Source of the DNA: Candidatus Acetothermia bacterium | GTDB taxonomy: Bacteria > Bipolaricaulota > Bipolaricaulia > M55B111 | Direction: 5' to 3' | DNA length: 12,175 nt | NCBI GenBank assembly: GCA_046543235.1 | Contig: JBKGZT010000039.1 | Location: forward strand, 1 to 12,175 | In this document: one piece after another, positions 1-7,575 of the stretch | Position numbering within the stretch: position 1 is the stretch's first letter | Layout of the letters: every line of letters starts with the position of its first letter | Translations under genes and position numbers: made by a program | The notes under the pieces: generated by a model | The model's input: only the letters and a program-made list of their open reading frames with translations | What the model was told of the DNA's origin: nothing | Database searches by the model: none

Positions 1-1
1 G

Positions 2-20
2 ATTTCCCCGCTGGGGAAAT
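2..20. terminator. Perfect inverted repeat (ATTTCCCC-GCT-GGGGAAAT), possible terminator hairpin of a gene outside the window
   Basis: 8-bp perfect stem with 3-nt loop seen directly. No clean U-tract immediately after it on +, and upstream context is missing. Confidence 0.3.
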
Positions 21-112
21 TGATCCCTGGTTTTGTCGAACGGTTTCCAAAGCTATAAAATCATTTTGCACAGTTTCTTATACACCATCGTACTACGATC
101 AGGGAGGTAATT

Positions 113-841
113 TTGTCTCAGGTGAAGATACTCGGCATCTTCGACAACGAAACCTCGGAGGAGGATCTCGTAGCAGGCTGGGGGTTTTCCGCCTTGATCT
201 CTAGTTCAGAAAGAGCCCTGCTCTTCGATGCCGGCTCCGACGTTAAGATACTGGAAGAAAACATGGAAGAGCTTGGCGTAATTCCCGGCGACCTGGACGG
301 TATATTCCTGTCTCATCCGCACTGCGATCATGTAGGTGGCCTTTCAGCAGTGCTTAGTCAAAATTCCGACCTTAGCGTCTATGTTACAAAGGGATTCCCT
401 CAGGAAACAAAGAACAAGGTAAGGGATTACGGAGCGGAGCTCGTGGAAATCGCCGGGTCTGAGGAGATTTTCGAAGGTTGGCATTCGACGGGGGAAATGA
501 TCTCGGATTATCATGGCAGTGATTTACCGGAACAGGGCCTGACGGTTGAGGGCGATTCCGGGCCCGTCGTGATTTCCGGCTGCGCCCATCCCGGCATATC
601 GAAAATAGTCGGGAGGGCAAAAGAAATCACTGGCGAACCTCCCCGCCTGGTGCTCGGTGGATTTCACCTCGGCTCTAAAAGCAAAGGAGAAATTAGGGCT
701 ATTCTAAAGGATTTTGCGGGCTACGGAGTCCGGGGTGTCGCTCCAACTCACTGTACCGGAGAGAAGGCCAAAGCTATTATGAGGGTTGAGTACCGGGAGG
801 ATTTCGTAGATTTCGGCGTCGGGGAGCAAATCAGGGTTTAA
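113..841 (+). CDS. MBL-fold metallo-hydrolase (COG1237-like)
   Basis: HxHxDH motif SHPHCDHVGG, plus GWGFSAL, LLFDAG, GCAHPG, GGFH and HCTG motifs typical of this subfamily. TTG start preceded by AGGGAGG SD at 101-107. Confidence 0.9.
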   Translation: MSQVKILGIFDNETSEEDLVAGWGFSALISSSERALLFDAGSDVKILEENMEELGVIPGDLDGIFLSHPHCDHVGGLSAVLSQNSDLSVYVTKGFPQETKNKVRDYGAELVEIAGSEEIFEGWHSTGEMISDYHGSDLPEQGLTVEGDSGPVVISGCAHPGISKIVGRAKEITGEPPRLVLGGFHLGSKSKGEIRAILKDFAGYGVRGVAPTHCTGEKAKAIMRVEYREDFVDFGVGEQIRV

Positions 842-870
842 CCATCCCCGCTTAACCGTCCATCCGGTGT

Positions 871-1027
871 CCCTGGTGCTGGGTCTCGGGTTTTCGGAGA
901 AGGTAGTTTTTGTTTGAAGTAGTTTCCTTATAACCCCCGTCCAGAAGGGCGCGGATATTGACTCTTTGGGAAACGACCCCCTCGGTTTTTCCATTTGAAA
1001 GATCACCCAGCAGCCACTAGAATAGGG
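871..1027 (+). ncRNA. Candidate 6S RNA-like rod-shaped ncRNA
   Basis: Nested pairings by eye: TGCTGGGT(877-884)/ACCCAGCA(1005-1012), GTTTCC(922-927)/GGAAAC(969-974), apical CGTCC(938-942)-AGAA-GGGCG(947-951), with an unpaired U-rich central region. No credible ORF in the gap. Family assignment is inference. Confidence 0.4.
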
Positions 1028-1035
1028 CAGAAGAG

Positions 1036-1551
1036 GTGGCAGTTATGGAGAGAGTTCGAGTGAAAGCTCTACTGGTCGATACGTCTAATAACGCTCCCGT
1101 CGTTCTCCTGGAGGGTGACGAGGACCGTAAGGTCATGCCGATATGGATTGGTCAAAACGAGGCTCTCGCAATTTCCCTCAAGCTTCAGGAGAAGGAGTTC
1201 GAAAGACCTCTGACTCACGACCTTTTGAAGTCCGTTCTGGATAAGTTGGATCAGGATCTGGAAAGGGTCGTGATCGACGACCTGAGTAACAAAACTTACT
1301 ACGCGACCCTTGTTTTGAAGGGTCCGGAAGACCGGGAGCTGAAGGTCGACTCTCGACCCTCCGACTCGATCGCCCTCGCTCTGCGAACGGACAGCCCCAT
1401 CTTCGTCGACGAAGAAATATTTAGGGATGTAGCCATGGAATCTCCTTTTGACGAAGATATCGAAGACGAAGAGGCCGGTGAGGAGTTTGAAGACTTCCTC
1501 GATCAGCAGATGGAATTGAGGAAGTTCAAGGAGTTTACCGACGATAATTAA
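1036..1551 (+). CDS. Bifunctional nuclease family protein (DUF151/DNase-RNase)
   Basis: Signature motifs PIWIGxxEA, RPLTHDL and DSRPSDSIALALR; acidic C-terminus. Start is GTG 1036 or ATG 1045. Confidence 0.92.
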   Translation: MAVMERVRVKALLVDTSNNAPVVLLEGDEDRKVMPIWIGQNEALAISLKLQEKEFERPLTHDLLKSVLDKLDQDLERVVIDDLSNKTYYATLVLKGPEDRELKVDSRPSDSIALALRTDSPIFVDEEIFRDVAMESPFDEDIEDEEAGEEFEDFLDQQMELRKFKEFTDDN

Positions 1552-1577
1552 TCCAACCAGAAATATATCACCCCAGA

Positions 1578-2381
1578 ATGCCAGATAAAGAAAGACTGGA
1601 CGTGCTTTTGCGTGACAGAGGCCTCTGCCGGAGCAGGGAAAAGGCCAAGCGTGAAATAATGGCGGGAAACGTCTACGTCTCGGGCCAGCTCAGTGATAAA
1701 CCGGGGGAACAGGTGCCTCGGGAGTCGGAAATATCTATTGAAAGGGACGAAAAACGTTTCGTCAGCCGTGGTGGGGAGAAGCTGGAAGGGGCGCTTGAAG
1801 GTTTCGACGTGGACGTCAGGGGGAAGAAGGTCCTTGATATAGGAGCTTCCACAGGGGGTTTCACGGATTGTCTCCTCAAAAACGGTGCCGAGAAAGTCCA
1901 CGCGCTGGATGTGGGGAAGGGTCAGCTGGATTGGCACCTACGCCAGGACGAGAGGGTCGTACCGATCGAAGGTAAAAACGCCAGGTACCTCGAAAAAGAG
2001 GAGATCGGAACCAGCGTCGACCTCGTCACGATAGATGTTTCTTTTATTTCTCTGGAACTGGTCCTTCCCAACGCGAAAAACGTTCTGGGGAAACACGGCG
2101 AGATAATTGCCCTGGTCAAGCCCCAGTTCGAAGCCGGTCCGGAAAAAGTGGAGGACGGCGGCGTGGTAACAGACCCGGGAGTTCATCTGGGGGTGCTGGA
2201 GAAAGTTCGGGACGTCGGGGAAGAAACCGGACTCTACCTCGTCAATTGTACTTATTCTTCCATCCAGGGTAAGTCGAGCGAAAATATCGAGTACTTCTTC
2301 CACCTTTCTACCTCAACAGAGCACGATCCGTTCCAGGATCTTCGCGGAGTTATCGAGGATGCCCACGAGAATTTCTCCTGA
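1578..2381 (+). CDS. tlyA: TlyA family rRNA (cytidine-2'-O)-methyltransferase
   Basis: N-terminal S4 domain (KERLDVLL), FVSRGGEKL, DIGASTGGFTD, DVGKGQL, DVSFISL, KPQFE and NIEY motifs. Confidence 0.96.
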   Translation: MPDKERLDVLLRDRGLCRSREKAKREIMAGNVYVSGQLSDKPGEQVPRESEISIERDEKRFVSRGGEKLEGALEGFDVDVRGKKVLDIGASTGGFTDCLLKNGAEKVHALDVGKGQLDWHLRQDERVVPIEGKNARYLEKEEIGTSVDLVTIDVSFISLELVLPNAKNVLGKHGEIIALVKPQFEAGPEKVEDGGVVTDPGVHLGVLEKVRDVGEETGLYLVNCTYSSIQGKSSENIEYFFHLSTSTEHDPFQDLRGVIEDAHENFS

Positions 2382-2420
2382 GGCTAAAGTCGGAATACGA
2401 CCTACAGGGGAGGAGAAACC

Positions 2421-3029
2421 ATGAAGACCGTCGCTCTCACCGGAGGAATTGCTTCCGGGAAAACCGTAGTCCTGGACGAGATCGACCGCAACTTTGACGG
2501 CGTGGTGACGATTCAGGCGGATGACCTCGCCAAGGAGATATACCAACCTTCGAACCCCAATTATGAAGACGTTATCGACCTGCTCGGACCGGATGTAGCG
2601 AATGAAAGTGGAACGGTGGATTCGGAAAAAGTAGCGGATATCGTCTTCGATGACAAGGAAAAGCTGCGGAAGCTGGAAGAAGTTGCTCATCCCTACGTGG
2701 TCAGGAAAATAGAGGAATTATCCGGTTATTACCGAAAAAAAGGTACGGAGCTTCTTCTGGTTGAGATCCCGCTCTTCTTTCAATCCTCCCGGATCGACAG
2801 AAACTCCTTTGACCTCGTCCTGCTTGTGACCGCGAGCAGGGGTAGGCGGGTTGATAGGTTAATGGATAGGGATGGATTAAATCGATCCGAAGCCGAACGC
2901 AGAATCGATCTTCAGGCGCTGCCGAAGGACGCCCGAGAAAAGGCAGATCACGTCATAGAAACCAATCGGGACGTCGAGGAGGCGAGACGAAAAGCGCGGG
3001 AATTCGCGTCTGAACTACTGGGTGCTTAA
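2421..3029 (+). CDS. coaE: Dephospho-CoA kinase
   Basis: N-terminal LTGGIASGKT P-loop, IVFDD..L.KLEEVAHP, EIPLFF, RLMDRDG..RI..Q motifs; strong SD GGAGGAG. Confidence 0.93.
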   Translation: MKTVALTGGIASGKTVVLDEIDRNFDGVVTIQADDLAKEIYQPSNPNYEDVIDLLGPDVANESGTVDSEKVADIVFDDKEKLRKLEEVAHPYVVRKIEELSGYYRKKGTELLLVEIPLFFQSSRIDRNSFDLVLLVTASRGRRVDRLMDRDGLNRSEAERRIDLQALPKDAREKADHVIETNRDVEEARRKAREFASELLGA

Positions 3030-4486
3030 ATTAGCGACCTCTTTTTACATATCTTTTCCACGAACTCCCTATCGTTGTAACTAATCCATTCGTCTCCGAC
3101 TATCTGGTAGTCTTCGTGCCCCTTGCCCGCGATTAACAGGACACCCTTCGGAGGGAGTTCTACTACCGCTCTTTCAATGGCTTCCTTACGCTCCGGTATG
3201 ACCTGATATTCCGACTCCGCCTTTATTCCGTGTTCTATCTCGTGGAGAATCTCCAAACGGTCTTCCTTTTTGGGGTTGTCGTCCGTCAGATAGATGAAGT
3301 CCCCGTATTCGCTGGCTATTTGGCCCATTGCCGGCCTCTTCCCCCTGTCGCTTTCCCCGCCACAGCCGAATACTACCGATACGCTTTTGTAAAGAGCTGC
3401 TAGCTCCCGGAGCACTGCTCGAAACGCTCCGGGATTATGGGCAAAATCTACGTAGATATCGGCCCCGTTTTCCAGCTCCAGTCTCTCCATTCGGCCGGGT
3501 AAGCTACTTGCTCCGCGGAGTCTCTCCGCTACTTTCGTTGGCTCCATACCACTTGCTAAACCCACGGAAAACGCGGCAAGTGCGTTGTAAACGTTGTACC
3601 TTCCAAAGAGCCCCAGCTCAACCTTGGCCTCGCCCCGGGGCGAAGTAACCTTAAAGGAGACCCCGGAACTGGTTTTCCGCAGTTTATCGCCTACTACATC
3701 GGCGTTATCCGTTAGCCCGTAACGAAGGGTCCTCGCTTCGGTGATTTTTTCTAATCTATCGCCGAAATCTTCGTCGCCGTTTATTATCGCGGTGTCTCCT
3801 CTTGTAAGGTATCGGAAGAGTTTCTCTTTTGCTCTTTTGTATTCCTCCATCGAACTGTGATAGTCCAGGTGATCCCTGGTCAAGTTGGTAAATACCCCGA
3901 CGTCGAAGTTAACACTGTTAACCCGATTGAGCTCTAAGCTATGAGAACTTACTTCCAGGACGAAGTTTCTAGTACCCCTATCCCTGAGCCGCCTGGCGAA
4001 TTTCTGGATCTCCGGGGATTCCGGGGTCGTAACCGGCTCCGTGATGCCGGGAGTAACCTCGTTAGTTAGCGTATTGAGAGCACCCGTTTCTTCTTCACCC
4101 AGCACTCGGGTTGACAGGTGGGCGGTGGTCGTCTTTCCATTTGTTCCCGTAATCCCCACGGTAAACAGCGAGGTCGTCGGTGCTTCGTAAAAAGAACTGC
4201 TGAGACTGGCCATTTCCTTTCTGCTATCTCTTACCTTTACGTAGGTGTGGTTTGCCACTTCGACGTCTACAGGATCCTTCTGACCTACTATCGCGACCGC
4301 ACCCCTTTTAACGGCTTCTTTGATGTAATCGTGGCCGTCGGCGTTTTCCCCGACTACGGCTATAAATAGGTCCCCCTCCTCTACTGACCGCGAATCGTAG
4401 GAAATCCCCCGAATTAGGTTCCTCGTATCACCGCGAACGTATTCGTAATTGGCTTCTTCAAGGACCTCGGATAGCCGTTTTTTCAA
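3026..4486 (-). CDS. murE: MurE UDP-N-acetylmuramoyl-L-alanyl-D-glutamate--diamino acid ligase
   Basis: YDSR, DGHDY, GITGTNGKTT, TTPES, EVSSH, FTNLTRDHLDYH, PGRME, DFAHNP, FGCGG, DDNPK and AGKGHE motifs. TTG start with GAGGTGG SD overlaps the upstream stop (TTGA). Confidence 0.96.
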   Translation of the reverse strand: MKKRLSEVLEEANYEYVRGDTRNLIRGISYDSRSVEEGDLFIAVVGENADGHDYIKEAVKRGAVAIVGQKDPVDVEVANHTYVKVRDSRKEMASLSSSFYEAPTTSLFTVGITGTNGKTTTAHLSTRVLGEEETGALNTLTNEVTPGITEPVTTPESPEIQKFARRLRDRGTRNFVLEVSSHSLELNRVNSVNFDVGVFTNLTRDHLDYHSSMEEYKRAKEKLFRYLTRGDTAIINGDEDFGDRLEKITEARTLRYGLTDNADVVGDKLRKTSSGVSFKVTSPRGEAKVELGLFGRYNVYNALAAFSVGLASGMEPTKVAERLRGASSLPGRMERLELENGADIYVDFAHNPGAFRAVLRELAALYKSVSVVFGCGGESDRGKRPAMGQIASEYGDFIYLTDDNPKKEDRLEILHEIEHGIKAESEYQVIPERKEAIERAVVELPPKGVLLIAGKGHEDYQIVGDEWISYNDREFVEKICKKRSLI

Positions 4487-5016
4487 TTTTCCACCTCGTA
4501 CAAATATACTGGATGGCCTTTTTCGTTCTTTTCTTCTCTTGCGGGCTCCCAGCCGGGTAGTTCATGATAGTACGAGACTATCCTGACTCCTGAGACCAGC
4601 TCATCCTCGAATTTCGGAGCCAGCTTTTCGTTCGCGTCCCCCGAAAGGAAGAGGAGGACGCCATCTGCCTCGCTCAGTTTCTTTTCGTACATGTCGCCGT
4701 GTAAGACCCTGGCTTCGGAACGGGCGCCGCCGAGAAGAACCCTTAACTTCGAGACAAAAACCCTAAGAGGGTCAATTTCGATTCCAACGGCTTCGAGTTC
4801 AAAATCCCTGACGGCTTTGGTCAGAAACCTCCCGTCGCCACAGCCCAAATCGTATACCACTTCGCCCGGTTCCAGGTCCAACATCTCCAGCATCTTCGTG
4901 ACGGTATTATGATCGGTGGGTTGCCACCAGGCGTCCAGGGTAGCGTTCCAGCTCAACCAGGAAAGCAGGGCGACGACGAGGAAAAATATCAGAAATGACA
5001 GCGGAGGCAAACTCAT
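4483..5016 (-). CDS. Class I SAM-dependent methyltransferase with N-terminal transmembrane helix (FAM173/archaeal protein lysine methyltransferase-like)
   Basis: Hydrophobic N-terminus (LSFLIFFLVVALLSWLSW), xxxPT pre-MTase segment, motif I YDLGCGDGR, GIEID, GDMY and RIVSY. Confidence 0.85.
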   Translation of the reverse strand: MSLPPLSFLIFFLVVALLSWLSWNATLDAWWQPTDHNTVTKMLEMLDLEPGEVVYDLGCGDGRFLTKAVRDFELEAVGIEIDPLRVFVSKLRVLLGGARSEARVLHGDMYEKKLSEADGVLLFLSGDANEKLAPKFEDELVSGVRIVSYYHELPGWEPAREEKNEKGHPVYLYEVEN

Positions 5017-5095
5017 TTGGTTCCGTGGGCGAAAACCTCAGCGATAAGACTCGACCCCAGGACTCCATTGCGCTCGGCCGGAGGCGGTCTTCGAT

Positions 5096-5185
5096 TGGCG
5101 GAGGGGGTGGGATTCGAACCCACGGAGCCCGTAAAGGCTCTCCGGTTTTCAAGACCGGCGGTTTCGTCCACTCGCCCACCCCTCC
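5096..5185 (-). tRNA. tRNA-Ser (anticodon UGA), encoded CCA, long variable arm
   Basis: Minus strand reads GGAGGGG...CCGGT-CTTGAAA-ACCGG-AGAGCCTTTACGGGCTCC-GTGGG-TTCGAAT-CCCAC-CCCCTCC-G-CCA: 7-bp acceptor stem, G73 discriminator, TTCGAAT T-loop, 90 nt. Confidence 0.97.
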
Positions 5186-5228
5186 TGAATCAAAAAAGTT
5201 TAAAGATTCCGGTTGCCGCTGGCAAGTC

Positions 5229-5657
5229 CTACTCCTCTTCTCCGGAATCCTCCGGCAGGGCTTCTTCCGGAATATCCTCCTGATCTACCTGTAACTTTTG
5301 AACGTAAATATCCACGTGATTAACCCTTAAGCCCGTCTTTTCCTCTATGTCCTCCTTTATCTTCTTCTGGGTCTTCTTGGCCACTTCGTGGACGGGGTAA
5401 CCCTGCTTGACGGCTATTTTCAGAGTCACGGAAACTTCGTCCCCGTCGAAGTCTATGGTTACGCCCCTTCTCTGGCTGCCAAATATCCTTCCGATGTCTT
5501 CAGTTACAGAAGATTTCTTCTGCCCCAACCCTTCGATCTGGGAAGCACCTCCGGCCACGATCGCAGTCACGACTTTCTCCGAGATCGTAATTACGCCCTT
5601 ATCGTTTACCAACCCGCCGTCTATTTCTTTACCCTCTCGTTTTTCATCTTCCGCCAT
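5229..5657 (-). CDS. Asp23/Gls24 family envelope stress response protein
   Basis: GxITISEKVV..IVA...I.GL, RGV.I, GYPVHEVA..TQ.KIKE.IE..TGL.V..VDIYV pattern. Start placed at ATG 5657 because GAGGTG SD lies 6 nt upstream; the ORF-track GTG at 5666 is part of that SD. Confidence 0.9.
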   Translation of the reverse strand: MAEDEKREGKEIDGGLVNDKGVITISEKVVTAIVAGGASQIEGLGQKKSSVTEDIGRIFGSQRRGVTIDFDGDEVSVTLKIAVKQGYPVHEVAKKTQKKIKEDIEEKTGLRVNHVDIYVQKLQVDQEDIPEEALPEDSGEEE

Positions 5658-5675
5658 GTTCTTCACCTCGTCATT

Positions 5676-5703
5676 ATTATAGAGGGAATACCGATTTATT
5701 CAC
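5676..5703 (-). promoter_or_regulatory. Putative sigma70-type promoter for the asp23-tRNA-MTase-murE unit
   Basis: Minus strand has a perfect TATAAT (5681-5676) with GTGAAT (5703-5698) 16 nt upstream, just ahead of the asp23 SD. Confidence 0.45.
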
Positions 5704-5786
5704 ACATCTAAGCGACCGTAGAAAAAAGAGCTCCCAGGAGTTAGAATTCCCCGTTCCTGAGTTAAAGTTGACCGAGGAGGGAGAGA

Positions 5787-6320
5787 ATGAAGGTCGGCGT
5801 GGGTAGTACCAATCCCGTGAAAGTTGAAGCTACTTCCGAAAGTTTCGAACTAATAGGAAGAAGGGTCAGCATTGAAAAGCTTGACGTGGATTCCGGTGTA
5901 TCGGAACAGCCAACATCCGACCGGGAAGCGATTACGGGAGCGAAAAACAGGGCGGAACGGGTGATGGAGGAGGGCCGATTCGACTTCGGGGTCGGCCTGG
6001 AAGGGTCCGTTTCCGATACCGAGTTCGGCATGTTTCTTACAGGCTGGTCCTATTTAATAGATGGCGAGGGAAGAAGTTATATAGGCGGCGGGGGCAGGCT
6101 GCAATTGCCTGGACACGTAGCTGAAAGGATCAGGGGTGGCGAAGAACTGGGGCCGATCATGGATGAATTGACAGGTGGGGAGGAAGTGAAGCGGGGCCCC
6201 GGTGCAATAGGCATCTTTACGGATAGAATCATTACGAGGCAGAAAGCCTACAGAAACGCCCTTATATTTGCGCTGGCGAAGTTGCTAAATCCGGAGCTCT
6301 ATCGGAACCAATTGCGTTAA
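5787..6320 (+). CDS. yjjX: Inosine/xanthosine triphosphatase (DUF84/YjjX family)
   Basis: GSTNPVKV, SGVSEQP, GAKNRA, GVGLEG, ELGPIMD and GAIGIFT...ITR motifs; GAGGAGG SD. Confidence 0.93.
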   Translation: MKVGVGSTNPVKVEATSESFELIGRRVSIEKLDVDSGVSEQPTSDREAITGAKNRAERVMEEGRFDFGVGLEGSVSDTEFGMFLTGWSYLIDGEGRSYIGGGGRLQLPGHVAERIRGGEELGPIMDELTGGEEVKRGPGAIGIFTDRIITRQKAYRNALIFALAKLLNPELYRNQLR

Positions 6321-6407
6321 TTTTTCTGACATAATTTTTTTATGATAGGGTTAGTATAATGAGCAAAACTAGTTTGGTTTAGGTTTTTTCCAAGTTCATT
6401 TACTCGT

Positions 6408-7166
6408 TTATTCTCTTTCCCCGTAGAGTTCCGTCAGCTTGTGGAGGAATTCCTTCGTCCTATCGTGTTCGGGGTTGTTGAAGAACTGGGTCGGCGTGCC
6501 CTGTTCAACGATTTTGCCCTTTTCCATAAAGATTATCTCGTCCGAGACGGAGTTTGCAAATCCCATTTCGTGGGTAACCACCAGCATCGTCAATCCCGAT
6601 TTTGCCAGATCTTTCATTACTTCGAGGACTTCTCCGATGAGCTCCGGATCCAGTGCCGAAGTGGGTTCGTCGAAGAGTATTATCTTCGGTTCCATCGCGA
6701 GTGCTCTGGCTATTCCCACCCTTTGTTTCTGCCCACCGGAAAGCTGAGCCGGATAGGACTCTGCTTGATCGGATAATCCAACCCTTTCCAGTTCTTCGTA
6801 ACCGACACTTTTTGCCTTATCCTTATTTAAGCCTTTTACCTTCCTCAGACCGAGTGTAACGTTTCCGAGCGCGGTAAGGTGCTCGAAGAGGTTGAAATGC
6901 TGGAAGACCATACCGATGTTTTGCCGGAACCTGTTTATGTCCTTGGATCCACCGGTCACCTCCTCCCCTTCTAGCCAGACCCTTCCCTGGTCGGGTTTGG
7001 TTAATTGATTGATACAGCGCAAAAGAGTGCTTTTTCCCGTGCCCGAAGGTCCGATAATCACCTTCGTCTCGGCCTGATTCATTTCGAACGAGACGCCTTT
7101 CAGCACTTCTTCGTTCCCATATTTTTTGTAAATATTTTCTACCTTCAGCAGTTTTTCAGTGGACAT
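6408..7166 (-). CDS. Polar amino acid ABC transporter ATP-binding protein (GlnQ family)
   Basis: Walker [29 protein letters not shown], Walker [14 protein letters not shown] and VTHEMGFA. Start set at ATG 7166 (MSTEKLL) behind AGGAGG SD rather than the ORF-track 7232. Confidence 0.95.
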   Translation of the reverse strand: MSTEKLLKVENIYKKYGNEEVLKGVSFEMNQAETKVIIGPSGTGKSTLLRCINQLTKPDQGRVWLEGEEVTGGSKDINRFRQNIGMVFQHFNLFEHLTALGNVTLGLRKVKGLNKDKAKSVGYEELERVGLSDQAESYPAQLSGGQKQRVGIARALAMEPKIILFDEPTSALDPELIGEVLEVMKDLAKSGLTMLVVTHEMGFANSVSDEIIFMEKGKIVEQGTPTQFFNNPEHDRTKEFLHKLTELYGERE

Positions 7167-7575
7167 CTTTTTCCTCCTGGGTCCGATTATAAAATACCCA
7201 ATAAATATAAGGTAAATGAGTGAAAATACCAACAGCTACTTTATCTGTCAGCATGAAAATTTCTACCGAAAAAGGACTTCTATCAGGGACGGGGGGAACC
7301 AGTAAAAATCGGTCGAGAGATTTACAATTTTTTTACAAAATCTAAATAACATTAAATGTAGAAAAACCGTTCGTTCACCTCTAAACTAGTTATTTGTTGG
7401 TGGTCATTTATTGGCGTTGTACGGGCTTTTGTATTTTAGCCTGCAAAATGGTCCCATTGTCGTTAATATTAAGTCGCTGGTCAGGGGTTTGTCCCGCGAG
7501 TTTTATCGATTTTTTAGCTAATTCGTTCCAGACTCAGTTAGTTCGATTTAAGAGTTCAAGTTTAAACGAGGTTAA

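Noticed and set aside
935-953. Hairpin with AGAA loop considered as SRP RNA helix 8
   Set aside because: It lacks the conserved CAGG...GGAAGCAG internal-loop signature of SRP RNA.
704-1006. 100-aa minus-strand ORF covering the first intergenic gap
   Set aside because: It overlaps the MBL gene antisense and has no recognisable motif; RNA structure explains the gap better.
3026-3029. Overlapping convergent stop codons of coaE and murE (TTAA)
   Set aside because: Real, but a common feature of compact genomes.
5046-5091. Imperfect hairpin on the minus strand after the tRNA (AAGAC...GTCTT)
   Set aside because: Heavily bulged with no U-tract; too weak to call a terminator or ncRNA.
5096-5185. 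tRNA-Sec, or tRNA as an integration site
   Set aside because: The anticodon is UGA (reads UCA, Ser), not UCA, and the acceptor stem is 7 bp. No integrase or duplicated tRNA 3' end was seen in the window.
4907-5294. Short ORFs 4907-5179 (-), 4995-5294 (+) and 5017-5283 (+)
   Set aside because: These are translations through the tRNA-Ser gene.
7167-7232. Hydrophobic N-terminal extension of the ABC ATPase in the ORF track
   Set aside because: A strong AGGAGG SD precedes ATG 7166, and family homology starts there; the extension is translated AT-rich intergenic DNA.
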